A DNA stretch of 64,000 nucleotides from a virus. Shown piece by piece: positions 1 through 10,377 of this stretch. The stretch covers positions 1 to 64,000 of IMG/VR virus record IMGVR_UViG_3300010354_000067; one strand, given 5' to 3'. Position 1 is the stretch's first letter. Each line of letters starts with the position of its first letter. The notes beneath the pieces were generated by a model, which saw nothing but the letters and a program-made list of their open reading frames with translations, was not told where the DNA came from and made no database searches. Made by a program: the position numbers and the translations under genes.

Positions 1-63
1 AAAGTCACTAATAGTAAAAGTTCATTACTTGCAGCATTTTTTGAATTTTATCGTTTCTATGAA

Positions 64-92
64 TTGCTAGGTATAGAAATCGCTGCTATACT
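64..92 (+). promoter_or_regulatory. sigma70/SigA-type promoter for nrdJ
   Basis: TTGCTA (64-69), 17 bp spacer, TATACT (87-92) preceded by TGn. Confidence 0.6.
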
Positions 93-126
93 AATGACTT
101 ATTACAATTCAAAGGACGGTGTTCAT

Positions 127-2070
127 ATGTCATTCATCAATGACAATGGATCAATTTCAGATCCATACAGAAACTTTATTCATGTATCAAGATACTCTCG
201 TTGGCTAGAAGAAAAGGGCCGCAGAGAAACTTGGGTGGAAACAGTAGATCGTTACATGGACTTTATGAAGAATCATCTTGTAAAGAACTATAACTATGAT
301 CCAAATGATATTAAGTTTTCACAGGTAAGAGATGCAATTCTTAATCACAAGGTTATGCCCTCCATGCGTGCTATGATGACCGCAGGGCCAGCATTAGAAA
401 GAGACAATATCGCAGCATATAACTGCTCTTTTATTGCTGTAGATAGCCTCAGAGCCTTCGATGAGGCTATGTATATTCTTATGAACGGAACTGGAGTAGG
501 ATTCTCCGTGGAGCAAAAGTATGTCAGCAATCTTCCAGTAATTTCAGAGGAATTCTATCCAACAAACACAACAATTGTTGTTGAAGATAGCAAGTTGGGT
601 TGGGCTAAGGCATATAAGGAACTAATTGGACTTCTTGTTACTGGACAGATTCCAGAATGGGACATGAGCAAGGTACGTCCAGCAGGAGCACGACTTAAGA
701 CATTTGGTGGTCGTGCATCAGGCCCAGAGCCACTTCATGATCTGTTTAATTTTACTGTTGAGCAATTCCAGATTGCTAAGGGCCGTCGCCTTAAGCCAAT
801 TGAGGCACACGATATTATGTGTAAGATTGGCGAGGTAGTTGTTGTTGGAGGAGTTCGTCGTTCAGCACTTATCTCACTCTCCAATCTTGATGATTTTGAG
901 ATGGCTAAGGCAAAGTCAGGACAATGGTGGGAGCAGGAGCCACAGCGTGCCCTTGCCAATAACTCAGCGGTATACAACGCAAAGCCAAACGTAGCACAAT
1001 TCCTAAGAGAATGGAGAAACCTTTATGAATCAAAATCGGGGGAGCGAGGAATTTATAATATGGATTCTGTTCGTAAGCATATTGATCGTTTCGGGCGTCG
1101 TGATTCTTCTAGGGTAATGGGAACAAACCCCTGTGGAGAAATTCTTCTTCGTCCAAATCAATTCTGTAATCTAACTGAGGTAGTTATTGATGCCAATGAT
1201 ACTGTTGACGATCTATTTGAAAAGGTTCGTGTTGCAACAATTCTTGGAACTTGGCAGTCAACATTGAGCAACTTTAAGTACATCCGTAAGACTTGGAAGG
1301 ATAATACTGAAGAGGAAAGACTTCTTGGCGTATCCCTAACAGGAATCTTTGGAAATAAGTTGACTGGAACTCTTCATAAGGATCTTGCAAACATGCTTGA
1401 GGAAATGCGTGGTTTAGCAGTATCTGTAAATATGGATGAGGCAGACACCTTGGGTATTGAGCACTCAGCATCAGTCACTACTGTTAAGCCATCTGGTACG
1501 GTGTCTCAGTTGACTGGAGTTTCTTCTGGAATTCACCCATGGTACTCAAAGCATTACATTCGCACTGTTCGTGCAGATAACAAAGATCCGCTAACTCAAT
1601 TCCTCAAGGACTTTGGAGTTCCAAATGAACCAGATGTAATGAAGCCAGATGCTACAACGGTATTTTCATTCCCAATTGCTGCACCAAAGAACGCGGTAGT
1701 TACAGAAGATCTTTCTGCTATTGATCATCTTGAAATATGGAAGACATACCGAACACATTGGACAGAACATAATCCATCTGTGACAATCAATGTTAAGGAA
1801 GATGAGTGGGTAGACGTAGCCGCTTGGGTATACAACAACTTTGATCATATTGGAGGAGTTTCTTTCCTACCAGCATCAGAGCACTCTTACAAGCAGGCTC
1901 CATACCAGCCAATTTCTGAGCAAGAATACAAGGATGCTGTTGCTGCCATGCCAAAGAGCATTCCTTGGGCATCACTTCCTCTTTATGAAATAGAAGACTC
2001 TACAACAGGATCTCAAGAACTGGCATGTACTGCTGGCGCATGTGATATTGTTGATTTAGTTTCTGCATAA
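127..2070 (+). CDS. nrdJ: class II (adenosylcobalamin-dependent) ribonucleotide reductase
   Basis: NCSF, TNPCGE and TVKPSGT motifs; C-terminal CTAGAC redox pair; ATG 127 follows AAGGA, whereas the track's 64 start lies within the promoter. Confidence 0.92.
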   Translation: MSFINDNGSISDPYRNFIHVSRYSRWLEEKGRRETWVETVDRYMDFMKNHLVKNYNYDPNDIKFSQVRDAILNHKVMPSMRAMMTAGPALERDNIAAYNCSFIAVDSLRAFDEAMYILMNGTGVGFSVEQKYVSNLPVISEEFYPTNTTIVVEDSKLGWAKAYKELIGLLVTGQIPEWDMSKVRPAGARLKTFGGRASGPEPLHDLFNFTVEQFQIAKGRRLKPIEAHDIMCKIGEVVVVGGVRRSALISLSNLDDFEMAKAKSGQWWEQEPQRALANNSAVYNAKPNVAQFLREWRNLYESKSGERGIYNMDSVRKHIDRFGRRDSSRVMGTNPCGEILLRPNQFCNLTEVVIDANDTVDDLFEKVRVATILGTWQSTLSNFKYIRKTWKDNTEEERLLGVSLTGIFGNKLTGTLHKDLANMLEEMRGLAVSVNMDEADTLGIEHSASVTTVKPSGTVSQLTGVSSGIHPWYSKHYIRTVRADNKDPLTQFLKDFGVPNEPDVMKPDATTVFSFPIAAPKNAVVTEDLSAIDHLEIWKTYRTHWTEHNPSVTINVKEDEWVDVAAWVYNNFDHIGGVSFLPASEHSYKQAPYQPISEQEYKDAVAAMPKSIPWASLPLYEIEDSTTGSQELACTAGACDIVDLVSA

Positions 2071-2081
2071 TAGGTCGATGG

Positions 2082-2120
2082 GCAGGGGAGGGTAGTTGGT
2101 TGAGGACTACCCTCCTTTGC
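2082..2120 (+). terminator. 16-bp hairpin after nrdJ, abutting the next promoter
   Basis: GCAGGGGAGGGTAGTT / GACTACCCTCCTTTGC with loop GGTTGAG; no clear U tract. Confidence 0.6.
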
Positions 2121-2126
2121 TATAAT
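2118..2126 (+). promoter_or_regulatory. extended -10 promoter
   Basis: TGCTATAAT, then AGGAG SD and ATG 2143. Confidence 0.7.
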
Positions 2127-2142
2127 TAATTAGGAGATCTTA

Positions 2143-5100
2143 ATGAGCGTTGTTTCAAATCTTTATGCAGCCAAACTTTATTCAGAACATCCTCTTGCCA
2201 TTTGGCCCCTAGACGATGATGTTTCATACATATCTTTAATTACAGATCAGCAAAGAACTTTTGAAGCAGATTCTCCATATGCTGGATGGACAATTACTGG
2301 GGGAACAGCAAACGATAGCCTTCCTTTGCCAGATCAAGGATCACCATTTGATAGTGATATTTATGCGGGGATAGAGGGAAGTGTCCCCGCTGTTGATAAT
2401 ACAATGATTGAGGCAATAAGCCCAGCGCTATTCTCTTTTGATCAATGTAGTGAAGAGTTAGGAACATTTTCTGTTGGAATGTATTTATATCAGCAATCTG
2501 TATATGTAAACTACTACGAATTTGGATATAAGTATTATGATAACTTTTTGTCAAACTGGGTAGAGGTTCTTGAAACAGTTGATGCTACTCCAATAGAACA
2601 GTGGATTAGACTTGAGGCAACATTCAATATTGAAGAGTTTGATACAGACGACTGCTACCTTATTGTCCGCGCTAATGTTGATACTGGAGGTCTATCTGGA
2701 GATTACAACTTTATAATAAATGGTCTTACTGTTGGTCAATGGTCAGAAATCAGTTCGTCACAGAGCCTTGGAGCAACTACAGAAGCAGCGCCAGTATCTT
2801 CTGGAATTGTAAACGATGTTGTTCCAGCAGATCAGTATGGAATTCTTGAAGACAACGGATATTATGTAGTTGAAAATGGAAAACTTTTAGCAAAAAATGA
2901 AGGAATTCCAATGGTCTTTGGATCAAGTAATGTTACAAAAATATATCCTTCATCAGATGAAACTGCTTCGTTTATATTTCCTGGAAAAACTATGCTTTCT
3001 GAGGACGGAAGATATAAAGACTTCACCCTTGAGTTTTGGCTAAAGATAAGACCAACGACAAAAGAATCAAGAAAGATAATTGGACCACTAGATTCTGAAG
3101 ATGGATTATATGTAACAGAAGGATTTATAGCCCTTGTTATTGACGGAAAATTTACTGCTCACAATATCTCTGAATGGTATAGACCAATGATTGTTCATAT
3201 ATCTTTAAGAGAAGAAACAGTATCTCTCTTTATCAATGGTGAGCAGGTCGGTCAAATAACAATTGATAGAGAAAACATGGAATTACAAGACAGCGATTGG
3301 TTCGGAGTCTATAGTTATTCAGATATAAATGTAATGGAGATTGACTGTATATCAATATTCCCATATTCTATTCCATCTATCATTGCTAAGAAAAGATTTG
3401 TGTGGGGACAAGGAACAGATCCAATAGAAATTGTTAATGATTCCTTTAATGGAGAAGAGGCAGTTATTAGTTTTGCAAATGCAAATTATACTGCAAACAG
3501 AATATATCCAGATAAAGAAAGATGGGATGCTGGATACTATAACAATCTTGTTGCAACAACATCATCTATTTCTGTTCCGCAATATTCTTTACCAGATGTA
3601 TATTTAAGTGGTAGAGATATAAAAGAATGGTATGAAGATAATAAACTAGTTAATGATGCAGAATATCCCTTAGGAGATCATCCAAAATTTATTACGTTTA
3701 GGCCAAATCTAAATGCTGGTTCATGGGAGCCTGTTGGTGGAACAAACTGGACAGAACAATGCTACATAAACTTTACATCACTAACATTCCTATCAAATCC
3801 ACTAAGTGCAATTTATGGAATTTTTGAGGTAGAAGAAGAGGTATTAGAATCAAGGCCTCTTATAAAAATTGTTAATGGAATAAATGGAAAGGTATTTGAG
3901 GTTGCAATTGATGGATATGATGTTACATACGTTTTTGATGGAACAGAATTAGACGGAACAGGGTTTACTGTAACAAATAGTCACTTTGCTGTCGGTTTCC
4001 ACATCCCTACCCTATCAAATGCATTTAATTATGAACTTGCATCATTCTTTGGATCTCCAGAAGTTCTTCAGATGTATGTCGGTGGAGATGGGACAACAAC
4101 CTTTGAAGGCAAAATATATAGAGTGGGATTTTCTGATCAACTAAACTATGGAGAAATCGAAGATCAGTTTGACAATGAAACTGGAATTGTAGATTACACT
4201 AGTGATGAACTTCTTGAAGCACATTATGCATCCTATACGCTGTCTCCATTCTTCAGATACAATCAATTCTTTTTAGACATTTCAGTTTCTTCTCAGTGGG
4301 AAGAGTATTTTCCACTATCATCTTTTGCTTCATACATATCTCAAAGAAACGGATCAAGATTTTATGATCTTGATTACTTGCAAATAAATTTTGGATACCC
4401 ATCTCTAATTGAAATAGTTGAAACTATTATTGATAATCCAAACTGGGTATATCAAGAGTTACTTGAAGAATATGCTTATCCAATTCAAAAAAGTTATGCA
4501 ATTTTAGATAACTCAGCGCTTACTGGATACACAGACTATGCAGACCTTGCAGAAAATACTACAGTAGTATTTGAAATTGATACATCTGGATCATCCTTGG
4601 ATGCATTTGTTACGTTCCAACTTTTAGCAGAGGGAGCAGATGAGCCTCTTACAAGTTTTACAAATCTTAAAGAGTTAACAGATTCCTATACAATATATGC
4701 AGATGAGGAAAATACAAATCTTGATCCATTTAAAGCATATAAGACAAAGTTTAGAATAGTAGACGGAACAGTAATATATCCACCAAAAACAATTAACTTT
4801 AAAAATGTGGCTATTGTTGTTCATTTTGTTATTCAACAAGATGGAATTATCAGCAACCCACTTAGAGTTAGGAATCTTGAAATTACGTCTAAGGCACTCA
4901 ATGAGAGTTCCCTCACGCCCATTGGAACAAAGTCTGGTATGCAGATTTATCCATATACAAAGACTGGAATATATTACAGCGGAAAGTCAAAGAATCCTGT
5001 TATGATTGGAAAGGACAATCTTCCATATCTATATCTCACAGAAAAGGGCGGCATAAAGGTTTTACAAACTGATCAAGATAAAGAATACGGAATTATTGTT

Positions 5101-5805
5101 CCAATAAATGCTGCAAAGAGTTCTAACTACATTCTTGGTGCTGCACAGTTATTTATGAAGTATGATATTTTCAATACCCCCGTGGTAGAGTTCCCAGTAT
5201 TCTCATTGACACATCAAGATGGATTTATTGAGTTTACAGTAGAGCCAGATATTAATGCTAATAGATTTAAGATTGCAGCAAGAAATGGAATTACAAAACA
5301 AGAGTATAGTGGAATAACATTTTATCAAAACGGTATACCAGTAAAGAATCCATACGTTATGAAAAACCAGTGGAATGTTATAGGCTTTACATTTGACTCT
5401 CCTCTAGATATGTCTAACTTCACTGGATCTATAAATCTTTTGTATGGTGCTTCATATGACAACGTTTCATTCTTTAAGACCAGTGGACTTAATGAGTTTA
5501 GTATTGTAATTCCAAGACCATGGAGCAGCGTCTTATTTGATGCAGATATTGATCCAATAAACAACCTTGATTGGCAGTATTGGTATGATGAAAATGGAGT
5601 GCTTACCATTCCAAATGAATGGAGAGATGTTTATATTCTTGATGAAGCAACCGTATTTTCTACAACTCCATCAAACATCTATTCCTCATATGTAGGAACA
5701 AATATTGTTGTGATGGATGATAATACTGGAATTTCGATTGCAGAGGATGACTTTAGCATGTATGCAGACGCAACATGGCTAAAAGTTGTTGATAAACCAG
5801 TATAG
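2143..5805 (+). CDS. large virion structural protein with LamG/concanavalin-like domain(s)
   Basis: 1220 aa, acidic and beta-rich; FTLEFWLKI...LFINGEQVG LamG-like pattern; next to the head genes. Confidence 0.6.
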   Translation: MSVVSNLYAAKLYSEHPLAIWPLDDDVSYISLITDQQRTFEADSPYAGWTITGGTANDSLPLPDQGSPFDSDIYAGIEGSVPAVDNTMIEAISPALFSFDQCSEELGTFSVGMYLYQQSVYVNYYEFGYKYYDNFLSNWVEVLETVDATPIEQWIRLEATFNIEEFDTDDCYLIVRANVDTGGLSGDYNFIINGLTVGQWSEISSSQSLGATTEAAPVSSGIVNDVVPADQYGILEDNGYYVVENGKLLAKNEGIPMVFGSSNVTKIYPSSDETASFIFPGKTMLSEDGRYKDFTLEFWLKIRPTTKESRKIIGPLDSEDGLYVTEGFIALVIDGKFTAHNISEWYRPMIVHISLREETVSLFINGEQVGQITIDRENMELQDSDWFGVYSYSDINVMEIDCISIFPYSIPSIIAKKRFVWGQGTDPIEIVNDSFNGEEAVISFANANYTANRIYPDKERWDAGYYNNLVATTSSISVPQYSLPDVYLSGRDIKEWYEDNKLVNDAEYPLGDHPKFITFRPNLNAGSWEPVGGTNWTEQCYINFTSLTFLSNPLSAIYGIFEVEEEVLESRPLIKIVNGINGKVFEVAIDGYDVTYVFDGTELDGTGFTVTNSHFAVGFHIPTLSNAFNYELASFFGSPEVLQMYVGGDGTTTFEGKIYRVGFSDQLNYGEIEDQFDNETGIVDYTSDELLEAHYASYTLSPFFRYNQFFLDISVSSQWEEYFPLSSFASYISQRNGSRFYDLDYLQINFGYPSLIEIVETIIDNPNWVYQELLEEYAYPIQKSYAILDNSALTGYTDYADLAENTTVVFEIDTSGSSLDAFVTFQLLAEGADEPLTSFTNLKELTDSYTIYADEENTNLDPFKAYKTKFRIVDGTVIYPPKTINFKNVAIVVHFVIQQDGIISNPLRVRNLEITSKALNESSLTPIGTKSGMQIYPYTKTGIYYSGKSKNPVMIGKDNLPYLYLTEKGGIKVLQTDQDKEYGIIVPINAAKSSNYILGAAQLFMKYDIFNTPVVEFPVFSLTHQDGFIEFTVEPDINANRFKIAARNGITKQEYSGITFYQNGIPVKNPYVMKNQWNVIGFTFDSPLDMSNFTGSINLLYGASYDNVSFFKTSGLNEFSIVIPRPWSSVLFDADIDPINNLDWQYWYDENGVLTIPNEWRDVYILDEATVFSTTPSNIYSSYVGTNIVVMDDNTGISIAEDDFSMYADATWLKVVDKPV

Positions 5806-5807
5806 TC

Positions 5808-5816
5808 TGCTATAAT
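5808..5816 (+). promoter_or_regulatory. extended -10 promoter, leaderless transcript
   Basis: TGCTATAAT ends 6 nt before ATG 5823; no SD. Confidence 0.7.
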
Positions 5817-5822
5817 TTAACC

Positions 5823-6191
5823 ATGAGCAATACAAGAAAGCCAAAAATTGGCAAGTCTAAGGCCACAGTCATTCATAAGAACTCCGACTGGGGACTTTAC
5901 TTCTGGAAACTTCCAAGTGGACACCTTTTTCATGACGGACAAGGAAACCTCCTTAATATTCCCGCAATGAAGCACGACCTCGCCAAGATTGCAGAACTTA
6001 GAAAGGCTGCTGCCCATTATGGACAACCAGAAGGAACCCCATGGTTTTATCCTGGAATTAAGAGAGCATCTGAAGAAACATATTCTGAGCAGGTAGATAG
6101 AATGAAGAATGGTCTAATTCCTAACCTTAATGATATGGGAGCCGTATACGATGCTCAGCAAACTCTAAGAAAGTATGGCGACGAAGGATGA
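5823..6191 (+). CDS. hypothetical protein upstream of portal
   Basis: 122-aa ORF with ATGA overlap to portal. Confidence 0.75.
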   Translation: MSNTRKPKIGKSKATVIHKNSDWGLYFWKLPSGHLFHDGQGNLLNIPAMKHDLAKIAELRKAAAHYGQPEGTPWFYPGIKRASEETYSEQVDRMKNGLIPNLNDMGAVYDAQQTLRKYGDEG

Positions 6192-7831
6192 CAGAAAGAC
6201 AAGAAATTGTCATCAGATACTCTGATGAAATTGATGCAGAAAATGAATTTTCTTCACAAGATCCATTTAATAAATCTTGGGAGGAAATCAAGGATATGCG
6301 TGGGCTAAATGTCAATTTCAAAAGAAGAACAAGTCGTGCAGAAAATAAGATAGAGAAGGCAATTTCTAATATTCCTACAAATAGGATGGGCCAAGTTACT
6401 GGAGTATATGCTCAGACTGCTCATGTAAGAGCCTCTGGAATTGACAATACTGAATCAAAGCAGTTAAACCCAGGAGAAGTTTTTAGAAATGGTTACGGTG
6501 TTTTTGATGTAATTACTCCACCATACAACCTATATGAACTTGCTAGTTTTTATGATACAAACTTTGCGAATCACGCAGCCATTGATGCCAAGGTAGCAAA
6601 TACCGTTGGCCTTGGATATTATTTTGATACTGCTCCAGACGTTGTTATGCGAATGGAAAACATGGAAAACGAAAGCGCCATGCTCAAGGCTAAGAGAAGG
6701 CTAGAGCGTATCAAGGGTGACGCAATGGAATGGCTAGAAAGCCTTAATGACGAAGATAGTTTTCTTACAACTATGGAAAAGATTTATACAGACCTAGAAT
6801 CCACAGGCAATGGATACATGGAGGTTGGAAGAACTGTAACAGGTGAAATTGGCTATATTGGTCACATTCCATCAACAACAATGAGAGTAAGAAGAATTCG
6901 TGATGGATTTACTCAAATTGTTGCTGGACAGATTGTATACTTCAGAAATTTTGGTGCTACAAATCCAAATCCAATTACAGATGACCCAAGACCTAATGAG
7001 GTTATTCATTTCAAGGCATATTCACCTTTGAATACCTTCTATGGAGTTCCTGATATTCTTTCTGCATATCTTTCTCTCAAGGGAGATCAGTTGGCATCTC
7101 AGTTTAATATTGATTACTTTGAAAATAAGGCTGTTCCTCGTTATATTGTTGTGGTCAAGGGCGCTAGACTTGATCGTGAGTCAGAGGACAGACTCTTTAG
7201 ATTCTTGCAGACAGGTCTTAAGGGACAGAATCATAGAACACTTTATGTTCCACTTCCAGCAGACTCTGAAGGAAATAAGATTGAGTTTGAGATGAAGCCA
7301 ATTGAGGCTAATGTTCAAGAAGCCTCGTTTGAAAAGTATCACCAAAAGAATCGTGATGATATTCTTATGGCACATCAAGTTCCGCTATCTAAGTTGGGTG
7401 GTGTTGATACAGGCGGCTTGGCTGCTGCTTTGGCACAGGATCGCACATTTAAGGAGCAGGTAACTCGTCCAGCACAACGTTATGTAGAAAAGATGGTAAA
7501 TAAGATTGTAAAGACAAAAACTGATCTTATTAACCTTAAGTTTAAGGAACTTACTCTAACAGACGAAGTTGCACAGTCTCAAATCTTTGAAAGATATGTC
7601 AAGACGCAAATTATGACACCAGATGAGGCTAGGGAGAAGTTGGGTATGCCCTCAAGACCAGATGGTGATGGAAATGCTCCGTTCTCTATGAGTCCAAGGC
7701 AGGCAACAGATGCTCGTGCCAATCTTGCACAGAACAGAGAGCGAGATTCAGAAAGGACCAACAATGCGTCTGATAGTGTCGCTACCACAAATGGAAGAAA
7801 CCCTCAAGGTGAGGGAAGAAGGACACAGTAA
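6188..7831 (+). CDS. portal protein
   Basis: GNGYMEV, EVIHFK, YGVP, YFEN.AVP, ILMAHQVP and MTPDEARE..G portal motifs. Confidence 0.92.
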   Translation: MTERQEIVIRYSDEIDAENEFSSQDPFNKSWEEIKDMRGLNVNFKRRTSRAENKIEKAISNIPTNRMGQVTGVYAQTAHVRASGIDNTESKQLNPGEVFRNGYGVFDVITPPYNLYELASFYDTNFANHAAIDAKVANTVGLGYYFDTAPDVVMRMENMENESAMLKAKRRLERIKGDAMEWLESLNDEDSFLTTMEKIYTDLESTGNGYMEVGRTVTGEIGYIGHIPSTTMRVRRIRDGFTQIVAGQIVYFRNFGATNPNPITDDPRPNEVIHFKAYSPLNTFYGVPDILSAYLSLKGDQLASQFNIDYFENKAVPRYIVVVKGARLDRESEDRLFRFLQTGLKGQNHRTLYVPLPADSEGNKIEFEMKPIEANVQEASFEKYHQKNRDDILMAHQVPLSKLGGVDTGGLAAALAQDRTFKEQVTRPAQRYVEKMVNKIVKTKTDLINLKFKELTLTDEVAQSQIFERYVKTQIMTPDEAREKLGMPSRPDGDGNAPFSMSPRQATDARANLAQNRERDSERTNNASDSVATTNGRNPQGEGRRTQ

Positions 7832-7848
7832 CAATTTGATAAAATTGT

Positions 7849-7857
7849 TGGTATAAT
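7849..7857 (+). promoter_or_regulatory. extended -10 promoter
   Basis: TGGTATAAT; ATG 7867 lies 9 nt downstream. Confidence 0.6.
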
Positions 7858-7866
7858 ATGAATAGT

Positions 7867-9147
7867 ATGGATATTTGTAAGGCGCACTGGGTGTCTGATG
7901 GGAACAATCTCCGTCTTTCAATGCCAATAGCCAAAGTAGACAAAGAGCGAAGAATGGTTTCAGGATTCGCTACTCTTGATAATATTGATCGTCAGGGAGA
8001 CATTGTTCCATCTGATGCTAGTGTTAAGGCTTTCGAAAAATTCCGTGGCAACATTAGAGAAATGCACGATGAGAAGAAGGCCGTAGGAAAACTCGTATCA
8101 TTTAAGGAAGATTCTTTCTTTGATCAGGAATCAGGAAAGATCTACAAGGGTGTTTTTGTATCTGCTTATGTAAGCAAGGGCGCTCAGGATACATGGGAAA
8201 AGGTTCTTGATGGAACACTTACAGGCTTTTCAATCGGTGGCAGCGTAAAAGATTATGAAGATACATATGATGAAAAAATGGATAAGTCAATTAGAATTAT
8301 TAAAGAATATGATCTTTTTGAACTATCACTAGTTGATAATCCTGCCAACCAATACGCAAATGTCATTAGCATTGAAAAGGGTCATACTGGAGGGTATCTT
8401 TCTAAGGCTCTCATTGAGAACGTATTTTGGTGCAGTGAGGACGATATCGTTCAACTATCTGCTGGTAGCACATCAGACTGCCCACGATGCGACAAGGGTA
8501 TGAATAACATTGGTTTCGTAGAAACTAGTGACGCAGAAAAGGCAGAGGTAGTAAAGTCTCTTCTTTCTACTATTAAAAATGATGTAAAGGAGGTAAGCAA
8601 GATGAACGAAGAAACAATTGAGACAGCCTCCACAGAAGAAGCAGCAGAAACTGTTGTAGAAGAAACTGTAGAAAAGGCTGTTGAATCAGAAGTAGAAAAG
8701 TCTGATGTTGATGTTGAAAAGGCCGTAGTCGAAGAAGAAACAGTTCCTGAGGCTGGTACGGCAGATGAGACAGAAGCAGAATCCATGGACGAAGAGGACG
8801 ACATGGAGGATAAGGCAATGAGTGCTGGCGGCAAGGGTTATGATGATGAACTCAAGCCAACAAAGGCTCTTGCCGATGAGATGAATTCTGCTTTCAACGC
8901 TCTTGCTGACACCATTAAGGCTCTTAATGAGAAGATTGAAGAACTCAACAAGACTGTTACAGGTGTTAAGCAGGAAGTTGATACAGTAAAGAATGAGTTT
9001 GGAAAGCGCGTAGATGCTGTGGAAAAGGATACCGCTTTCCGTAAGTCTGGCGATCTTGGCGAGGTCGTGCAGGAGCCAATTTTCGAAAAGGCTCAAAAAT
9101 CACTATGGGGCGGTCGTTTCCTCACAAAGTCCGACCTATTTGCATAA
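7867..9147 (+). CDS. HK97-type prohead protease fused to an acidic coiled-coil scaffold
   Basis: REMH, GFSIGG and ELSLVD.PAN catalytic motifs; E/D-rich linker and heptad region; start may instead be 7858. Confidence 0.9.
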   Translation: MDICKAHWVSDGNNLRLSMPIAKVDKERRMVSGFATLDNIDRQGDIVPSDASVKAFEKFRGNIREMHDEKKAVGKLVSFKEDSFFDQESGKIYKGVFVSAYVSKGAQDTWEKVLDGTLTGFSIGGSVKDYEDTYDEKMDKSIRIIKEYDLFELSLVDNPANQYANVISIEKGHTGGYLSKALIENVFWCSEDDIVQLSAGSTSDCPRCDKGMNNIGFVETSDAEKAEVVKSLLSTIKNDVKEVSKMNEETIETASTEEAAETVVEETVEKAVESEVEKSDVDVEKAVVEEETVPEAGTADETEAESMDEEDDMEDKAMSAGGKGYDDELKPTKALADEMNSAFNALADTIKALNEKIEELNKTVTGVKQEVDTVKNEFGKRVDAVEKDTAFRKSGDLGEVVQEPIFEKAQKSLWGGRFLTKSDLFA

Positions 9148-9178
9148 AATACTAAAAGAAAAACGGAGGTGAAATACA

Positions 9179-10282
9179 ATGTCTGAAGAAATTTTGAAGA
9201 ACCAGCCCAGCGAGACAGGCGAATATGGCGATCCTAACCCAGGTCTATATCAGGGTCAGGGTGCATTCGCTGCTGGTGGAATTGGTACTGTAACAGACCC
9301 CGCCGCTGGCGTATTGGGAAACATCCCAACAGCCAACTACGGAGATACCACAGGCCCAAACGCCGTTAACCCAACAGGTGTTGCTTCAGGTCTACTCAAT
9401 CCTGAGCAGGCTCGTCGCTTCATCGATTATGTTTGGGACGCAACAGTTCTCGCTAACGATGGTCGTCGTGTAACCATGCGTGCAAACACCATGGAAATCG
9501 AAAAGGTCAACGTTGGAGAGCGTGTTATTCGTGCAGCAGCCCAGGCTCTTGGTGAGTACACCAATGCTGGCGCTACCTTCACAAAGGTTGAACTTACAAC
9601 CAAGAAGATTCGCCTTGACTGGGAAGTTTCAACAGAGGCATTGGAGGATAACATCGAAGGTGGTGCTCTTGAGGATCATCTCGTTCGTTTGATGACAAAT
9701 GCTTTTGCAAACGATATCGAAGATTTGGCTATTAATGGCGATGGAGGTGCTGATCCATTCCTTGGAATCATGGACGGTTTCGTCAACCAGGTAACAACTG
9801 GTGGCGACGCTCATGAGGCAGTCGTTACTGTTACAGGTAACGAGTGGACTCCAGAGGTAATGCAGCAGATCATTTACGCTTTGCCACGCAAGTACCGCGC
9901 ACTAAAGAGTGGCCTGAAGTTCTATGCAGGCACAGACACATTCGCAGGAATCGTTGCTAGCAACGGTACTCTTGCTGATGCTGTTTACACATTCGGCGCA
10001 CGCGATACCTACCTTTCTGGTGCAGACCAGACCCTTGGTAATGCTCGCGTAACTCGCGTTCTCGGTATTCCAGTTCTAGAAGTTCCTTACTACCCTGCTG
10101 ATTATGTCGATTTGACATTCCCACAGAACCGTGTATGGGGCTTCCAGCGCGATATCACAGTTAACCGTGAGTACAAGCCAAAGAAGGACACAATCGAATA
10201 CACAGTATTCGTTCGCTTTGGTATCACTTGGGAAGAACTAGACGCAGTTGCTTACGCAGATGCTGGTGCAGATCCTTCCTGA
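9179..10282 (+). CDS. major capsid protein (HK97 fold)
   Basis: Follows protease; GGAGG SD; GLLNPEQARRFID, EALEDNIEG and DIEDLAING motifs; strongly biased codon use. Confidence 0.92.
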   Translation: MSEEILKNQPSETGEYGDPNPGLYQGQGAFAAGGIGTVTDPAAGVLGNIPTANYGDTTGPNAVNPTGVASGLLNPEQARRFIDYVWDATVLANDGRRVTMRANTMEIEKVNVGERVIRAAAQALGEYTNAGATFTKVELTTKKIRLDWEVSTEALEDNIEGGALEDHLVRLMTNAFANDIEDLAINGDGGADPFLGIMDGFVNQVTTGGDAHEAVVTVTGNEWTPEVMQQIIYALPRKYRALKSGLKFYAGTDTFAGIVASNGTLADAVYTFGARDTYLSGADQTLGNARVTRVLGIPVLEVPYYPADYVDLTFPQNRVWGFQRDITVNREYKPKKDTIEYTVFVRFGITWEELDAVAYADAGADPS

Positions 10283-10297
10283 TAACTAAATAACCAC

Positions 10298-10340
10298 ATG
10301 TTTGTGGGGGGCTGGCCTTAAACCAGTCCCCCTCAAGCAT
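10298..10340 (+). terminator. hairpin after capsid gene
   Basis: ATGTTTG-T-GGGGGGCTGG / CCAGTCCCCC-T-CAAGCAT. Confidence 0.65.
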
Positions 10341-10344
10341 ATTC

Positions 10345-10353
10345 TGATATAAT
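10345..10353 (+). promoter_or_regulatory. extended -10 promoter
   Basis: TGATATAAT upstream of ATG 10378. Confidence 0.65.
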
Positions 10354-10377
10354 TACAATGAGGAAAGGTTAATAACT

